Assembly: GCA_030264375.1 (NCBI GenBank)
Contig: JASCQW010000072.1
Location: 18,419,322 to 18,474,402, forward strand
Reading direction: 5' to 3'
DNA from: Carcharhinus longimanus
Taxonomy: Eukaryota
DNA: 55,081 nucleotides
The position numbers were made by a program, and so were the translations under genes. Each line of letters opens with the position of its first letter. The first letter of the stretch is position 1. The notes beneath the pieces were generated by a model. That model did no database searches. It saw only the letters and a list, made by a program, of their open reading frames with translations, and had not been told where the DNA came from. Shown here piece by piece: positions 49,470 to 55,081 of the stretch.

Positions 49470-50116
49470 ATATGCAACAGAAAGTAAAGAGGTGTGGGAT
49501 AGAAGGAAATTTGACCGATTGGATAAGTAACTGGCTGTTTCATAGAAGACAGAGGGTGATAGGTGGAGGGAAAATTTTCAGACTGGAGGCCTATTACCAG
49601 CAGTGTACCACAGGGATCAGTGCTGAGTGCTCTGCTATTTGTGATTTTTATCAATGACTTGGAAGAGGGGGCTGAAGGGTGGGTTGGTAAATTTGCTGAT
49701 GACACCAAGATTGGTGGAATAGTGGATGAGGTGGAGGGCTCTTGTAGGCTGCAAAGAGGCATCGATAGGATGCAGAGCTGGGCTGAAAGGTGGCAGATGG
49801 AGTTTAACTCTGATAAGTACGAGGTGATTCATTTTGGAAGGACAAACTTGAATGAGGATTACAGGGTCAATGGCAGGGTTCTGAGGAATGTGGAGGAACT
49901 GAGAAATCTTGGGATTCATATCCACAGATCTCTGAAGGTTGCTACTCAAATGGATAGAGTGGTGAAGAAGGCTTATAGCGTGTTAGCATTTATTAACGGG
50001 GGTTTGCATGTAAGAACCATGGGGTTATGCTGCAATTACACAGGACCTTGGTGAGACCACATTTGGAATATTGTGTGCAGTTCTGGTCACCTCACTATAA
50101 GAAGGATGTGGAAGCA
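49470..50116 (+). mobile_element. CR1 reverse transcriptase fragment (ORF 49563-50054)
   Basis: VPQGSVLSALLFVIFINDL, KFADDTKIGG, WAERWQMEFN, RPHLEYCVQFWSP. Confidence 0.95.
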
Positions 50117-50216
50117 NNNNNNNNNNNNNNNNNNNNNNNNNNNNNNNNNNNNNNNNNNNNNNNNNNNNNNNNNNNNNNNNNNNNNNNNNNNNNNNNNNNN
50201 NNNNNNNNNNNNNNNN

Positions 50217-50460
50217 AACACTGCAATGAAGTTATTGTGAAAATCCCCTAGTCACCACACTCCAGTACCTGTTTTAAAACATGGAGAGAGAATTTAACAT
50301 GGCCAATCCACCAAACCAGCACGTCTTTTGGCCAGTGGGAGGAAACTGGAGCACCTGGAGGAAACCCACACAGACACGGGAAGAACATGCAGACTCCACA
50401 CAGACAGTGACCCAAGCTAGGAACCCTAGTGCTATGAGGAAGCAGTGCTTCTGTGCTGCA
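50217..50460 (-). mobile_element. HE1-related SINE (same variant as 46172-46465)
   Basis: aacactgcaatgaagttattgtgaaaatccccta...gaaactggagcacctggaggaaacccac. Confidence 0.85.
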
Positions 50461-52065
50461 TTCTTTTAAATATTTTAAGCACAGAGCAGAATTCCACTCA
50501 ACTAGAACAATTTGGACTCATTCAAGGGCTAAAGCTAATGGAAAATTTGATTATCTTGAGAAGAAAAGGTCTGACTACTAGAGTACGTCTGGTCTAGGTA
50601 TAAAGTTAGAAGCCCAGATTAATCCTTTTTTTACACCAGTTTGGTGAACTTAAGGGTGAGGTAATCCTAACAGAAGGGATTGATGAATCCTCAACCAGCA
50701 TTGATGAATTACTAAAAGCCTCCGACAAGTATTTTAATCTCAGCTGAGCAGTCTGCAGAGCTGAAGAAGAGGTATAGAAAACCCCAGCCTGGCAACAAAT
50801 GATAGGAGAAAGAAAATTGATACGCAAACAAATAACACAAGGGCGTCAGAGAGGCAAAGGAACTTTCTAGAAGTCCTAACAATAGATCGTTTTGGAGATC
50901 CCGGCACGTTTCCAGAACTGCAACAGCAGCTGACAGAGAATGACAAAGAGAAAGCCCTGCTGCAGGCACAGCAAGAAAAGGCAGAAGTACAATCAGAAAA
51001 TATTTGTATTAAAGCTGAATTCAAAGACATAAAATGCAAGATTCAAGTTGAGTATACCTTTGAAGACTACTGATAACTAAAGTCTTCAATTAACCAAACT
51101 GTTTGACTGGTGGCAGAAGTTGATCAATGCAGTTAGCAGCTAAAATCCTGACTACCTGCTCGACTTAACATTCTACCACTAGATATAACCCAAGAATTAG
51201 TGAGGGTTCATAAGCAAAGCTATAAATCAGGAGCCACTGAAGAAGAGACGTACAAACACACGCAAGTTAGAACAAAGGCCAAGAGAGCCCAGGACAGAGT
51301 GAGCGGATGGGGTCAAGAGAGTGAATGTGGGGTGGGTGAATGGGGTGGGATCGGACTGGCAAGGGGGCAGTGTAGGGAGTTGGCTAGTGGGGAAAGCTGA
51401 CTTGGTGATGGGGTTGGGTAGTAGGCAGTGGGAATCATGGGAGGAAGAGGAACTGAGATGCCATGTTGATTGTCAAACACCTATAAGATTGGAGGAAGTA
51501 AATCAGTAAACACAATGTGAAGTTTGAGACATTACTTCCTTCAGAGCAGAAAGCAACAAATTCTTAACATGGGTTTGGACACAAAAGTGTTTAAGAGTGA
51601 AAATATCATGTGAGTAGAAAGGCCATTGAAGGAGAAGTCTGTGAGAAATTACCTTAAAGTGAAACTGGCAACATTAAATGGATATACATCCACCACTTTA
51701 CTAACAACGTTCAAATAAACAGTATTAAATGAGTCAACATTAAGCAAGGTCCTAAGTATAACAATAAATGCCTTGTCAAACGGATTTTAACCATTTCAAA
51801 AATGTAACAAAATAACACTATTTTGGAAGAAGGGAATTTCCGTTTGCTCACCTCATTTTAGGGGTTTCCTTTGTCACGGCTACAGGAAATTATGGCCGAG
51901 TGAAATCCACTTATAACTTCATCAGCTAACCAAAAGTATTGGTTATTGTTTAAATGGATCTGTACTTTTAAAAATTACAACAAAAGACACTGACCAGAAC
52001 TGGCTGCCGCAAGTCACCTGATGTTTAGAATTATAAGTTAACCTTTTTTGGAAAGTTATATATAG

Positions 52066-52570
52066 TGAGTTCTGGTCACATCAGTATAAGAAGGATGTGG
52101 AAGCATTGGAGAGAGTGCAGAGGAGATTTACCAGGATGCTGCCTGGTTTGGCGGGTAGGTCTTATGAGGAAAGGTTGAGGGAGCTGGGGCTTTCCTCCTT
52201 AGAGCGGAAGTGACTTAATCAAGGTTTATAGAATGATGAGGGGGATAGATAGAGTGGACACACAGAGACTATTTTCTCGAGTGGATGTAGTCTTACTGGG
52301 GAGTATAACCTTAAGGTTCATGGTGGGAGATATAGGAGTGATGTCTGAGGTAGATTCTTTACTCAGAGAGTGGTTGGGGTATGGAACACACTGCCTGCTG
52401 TGATAGTGGAGTCGGACACTTTAGGAATTTTCAAGCGGTTATTGGATAGGCAAATGAAGCACACCAGAATGGTAGAGAGTGGGATAGCTTGATCTTGGGT
52501 TCAGACATAGCTTGGCACAACATCAAGGGTCGAAGGGCCTATACTGTGTTGTACTGTTCTATGTTCTATC
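52066..52570 (+). mobile_element. CR1 3' end
   Basis: FWSHQYKKDVEALERVQRRFTRMLPGL..SYEERLRELGL; tail gttctatgttctat. Confidence 0.92.
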
Positions 52571-52679
52571 ATAAATTGAGAAACTTAAGAAGTAACAATG
52601 TCACAAATGACTTATTTTAGTCAAACAACAGACGGACATGAGGATTACTTTAAAACAAACTTCTGACTAAATTCATACA

Positions 52680-52766
52680 ATACATTATGTTTGTTTGAAT
52701 AGCATGCAAGAAACAACACTTCTCACTGTATACTAATAAAAGTGACAATAATAAATCAAATCAAAT
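52680..52766 (+). mobile_element. Rex1/Babar-type 3' tail
   Basis: gcaagaaacaacacttctcactgta..gtgacaataataaatcaaatcaaa. Confidence 0.6.
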
Positions 52767-53000
52767 ATTTGCATTTATTTTCTAGAAAATCAGAACCATA
52801 TGATTAATTTAAAAGATGAATGAAATTAATAAATAAATTCCTACTTTTTATATAATTAACACAATGGAATATTTGTAATATGACATGTGAAATACTGTCA
52901 TTTAAATTTTTGCTGAGACAGTCTTAAACGTTCTATTAAATTCAGTAATATACTATCCCGCTTGTCAGATAGCAAAACTTGAAAAATGCATTTGGCTCAC

Positions 53001-53094
53001 CTCCAGCCTGACTCTTGCTGAAGTGGATTCCCAACTAGTAACAACTCCTTCAGACTGTGACATCCATCAAGACTTAAAAGGAAGCTCATGAGAT
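53001..53094 (-). CDS. LRRIQ1: LRRIQ1 internal exon (last LRR and start of LRR cap): DLMSFLLSLDGCHSLKELLLVGNPLQQESGWR
   Basis: Acceptor ttctttaacatag|ATCTC and donor GGAG|gtgagc; 94 nt, phase 1 to 2. LRR motif LKELLLVGNPL. Resembles my recollection of human LRRIQ1 (SLHELSLTGNPLLQETNWR). Confidence 0.9.
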
Positions 53095-54471
53095 CTATGT
53101 TAAAGAAAATAGATTCAGAACTGATTAAAGCAGATAAAACAAATAAAATGGGTAATATATAATGTTCTAAAAAATCAAGCATGTTGGAAAAACAATTTGA
53201 AGGGCATGACTTTTACAAAGATAAATATATTAATATTCTATATTTTACAATATCAAGGACTTTGTCAGTTTATGACACTTCAATGTATAAGTTACAATGT
53301 AGTGCTTTATTCTAACGCACGACAAAGTTTAAAAAAAACAATAAGTTGAAATTTCACTCCCACATTCAGAAAAACCGACAGATCTGACTTACATCACATT
53401 ATATGGGGCTAAAGATTTAAAGCTACACATAACAGTTGTAATTCAATAATGCTGTGCTGAAGTAGCAATTGGATTTGAGTTAGCTGCAAGCTAATAAATG
53501 GCAGATCTGCCAACTCCTGAATAAGAGGTAAGATGGGTTAATATATACGCTCTTTCTGTAATTTTACATATTTTAAATGTACTGTCAGACCTTTTGCATT
53601 TCTTCAGAATTAAATATTTATATTTTTGCAGTACTTGCACTTCTCAACTTTTCAAATCTAGTGAGTGCGATTAAATTGTTTCACTCTTTGCTTAACTATG
53701 AGATATCCCAATGGCACCATCACAACAATCTGACTGGTCTCAAGGAAGCCTTAGACGCCAGTATTATGACAGGATGGCACAATCATCTTAACCCATGGAA
53801 TGAACAGTTGGTGACTCTTCTAAGGTATGTAGGGATTTATTTTCATCTTCAGGGACCTCAGTTCAAGCTTTGTTAAGCCTAAAGTGCATGCAAGGAATCC
53901 AAACATTAATGGATGTAATGTTGTGAGGCTGTGAATATAAATTCCCAGTGAGTACCCCCTGAATGGAAAGTTCTTTATCAGCAGTGCTAAACATGAAAAT
54001 ACACGAAGGATCACTTTTATGTCACATAAAATCAGAGATAAAGACAAAATTTGTCAGCACAGTTGCATAATCTTGTATAGATTGGTAAAGGTTTTCTGCA
54101 CTGTATAGATAACAGAAAATGGATAATTTTGACTAGCTTTAAATCCAGTCATGATGCAAAATACTTGCTAGACACATTCCAATATCAACCTTAACTCAAT
54201 GGAATCTTTCCCATTTCAGCAGTTGCAGAGAGAAATAATTAAAATGTAAAATGTACAGAAAGATTGGTTCATTTTGAATATGACAGACAGCTCTTTGCTA
54301 CATTTGAGTGGTCGGACATTCAAGTTCAGAAACCCTGCTAACTTGGATCTTTAAAAGTTTTATGTGTAAATCCAAGAATCTGTTTAAAATCTCAGAGGTG
54401 AAAAATCATTTGAATTTTAAAATTAAAAAGAAACAATTTATATTTCCATGGAACAGTTTAAACAATCAATC

Positions 54472-54625
54472 AATCATAGAACCCTACACTGCAGCAGGAG
54501 GCTATTTGGTCCATCGGGTCTGCACCAACCACAATCCCACCCAGGCCCTATCCGCATAAACCCATGCATAAACCTAGATAGCCCTCTAAAACTAAGGGAC
54601 AATTTAGCATGGCCAATCCACCTAG
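54472..54625 (-). mobile_element. HE1-like SINE 3' half
   Basis: atcatagaaccctacactgcag..accacaatcccacccaggccc..gggacaatttagcatggccaatccaccta. Confidence 0.85.
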
Positions 54626-55081
54626 TCTCCTATAATACCAGGAAAAAAATACTTACAAACTATTTCCAGAAGATTCTTTGTTTTTGAAATTACGGTCCAT
54701 TTATTGACTTGTTAACTCAAGAGATTAGATGAAAGGTCACCCACTGTAAATACATAACTATGTCATGCAACTGCTGCGATTGTTCACCTTCTGCGACGAA
54801 ATTCACCTGATACTGTAAACTTAAAATGGCCTCTGATATGATGTAAAACTGCTTTCAAAGAATGGTGTTGGGATCTAATGGAGGCACTAGGTAAGACCGA
54901 GAGCTAAAAGCTACTGATCACCACCTGATGCTTAATTTGGTATCTGGTTGGAAATGGGAGACAAACAGCATTTTCTGATTTGCAGCATATGATAAGTAAT
55001 GGTACCCACACAGCTGCACTTGGACCTCAGTTTTTCATCATATATATCAGATGATACTAAGTTAAGAGGAACTAATCTATT

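Noticed and set aside
50080-52105. One CR1 split by a later insertion (49470-50116 plus 52066-52570)
   Set aside because: The two pieces overlap by about 36 bp with mismatches (cctcact versus catcagt) and the first ends at a gap, so they cannot be shown to be one element.
53095-55081. Further upstream LRRIQ1 exon
   Set aside because: Donor-like sites (about 53390 and 54655) have no LRR-like open frame in the required phase.
1-55081. CRISPR arrays, rRNA, operons or other prokaryotic systems
   Set aside because: The sequence is spliced vertebrate DNA and I saw no regular repeat-spacer array or rRNA-like sequence.

Overview
Vertebrate intronic and exonic DNA, almost certainly from a shark or other elasmobranch (HE1-type SINEs, CR1/HER1-type LINE tails, Deu-domain SINEs), from a gapped scaffold assembly. 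The only host gene I can support is LRRIQ1 (leucine-rich repeat and IQ domain protein 1) on the minus strand. Eight GT-AG exons (53001-53094, 23496-23675, 19362-19853, 16177-16399, 11595-11711, 9091-9168, 7017-7159, 4708-4794) splice into one stop-free frame of 1414 nt (about 470 codons). It covers the last LRR and LRR cap, the IQ motifs and part of the C-terminal region; both ends of the gene lie outside the window. The 29.3-kb intron (23676-53000) is a nested stack of decayed PIF/Harbinger DNA transposons, CR1, L2, Rex/Babar, Gypsy and Penelope-like fragments and SINEs. Almost all ORF-track entries are spurious or TE-derived. I found no intact novel gene system. The best leads are (i) extra blocks shared between Harbinger copies that are neither transposase nor Myb gene and may be a third gene, and (ii) an inverted SINE pair around two phase-2 exons that could give a 672-nt circRNA with a stop-free frame. 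Family assignments come from motif recognition and recall, not database searches, and repeat boundaries are approximate.
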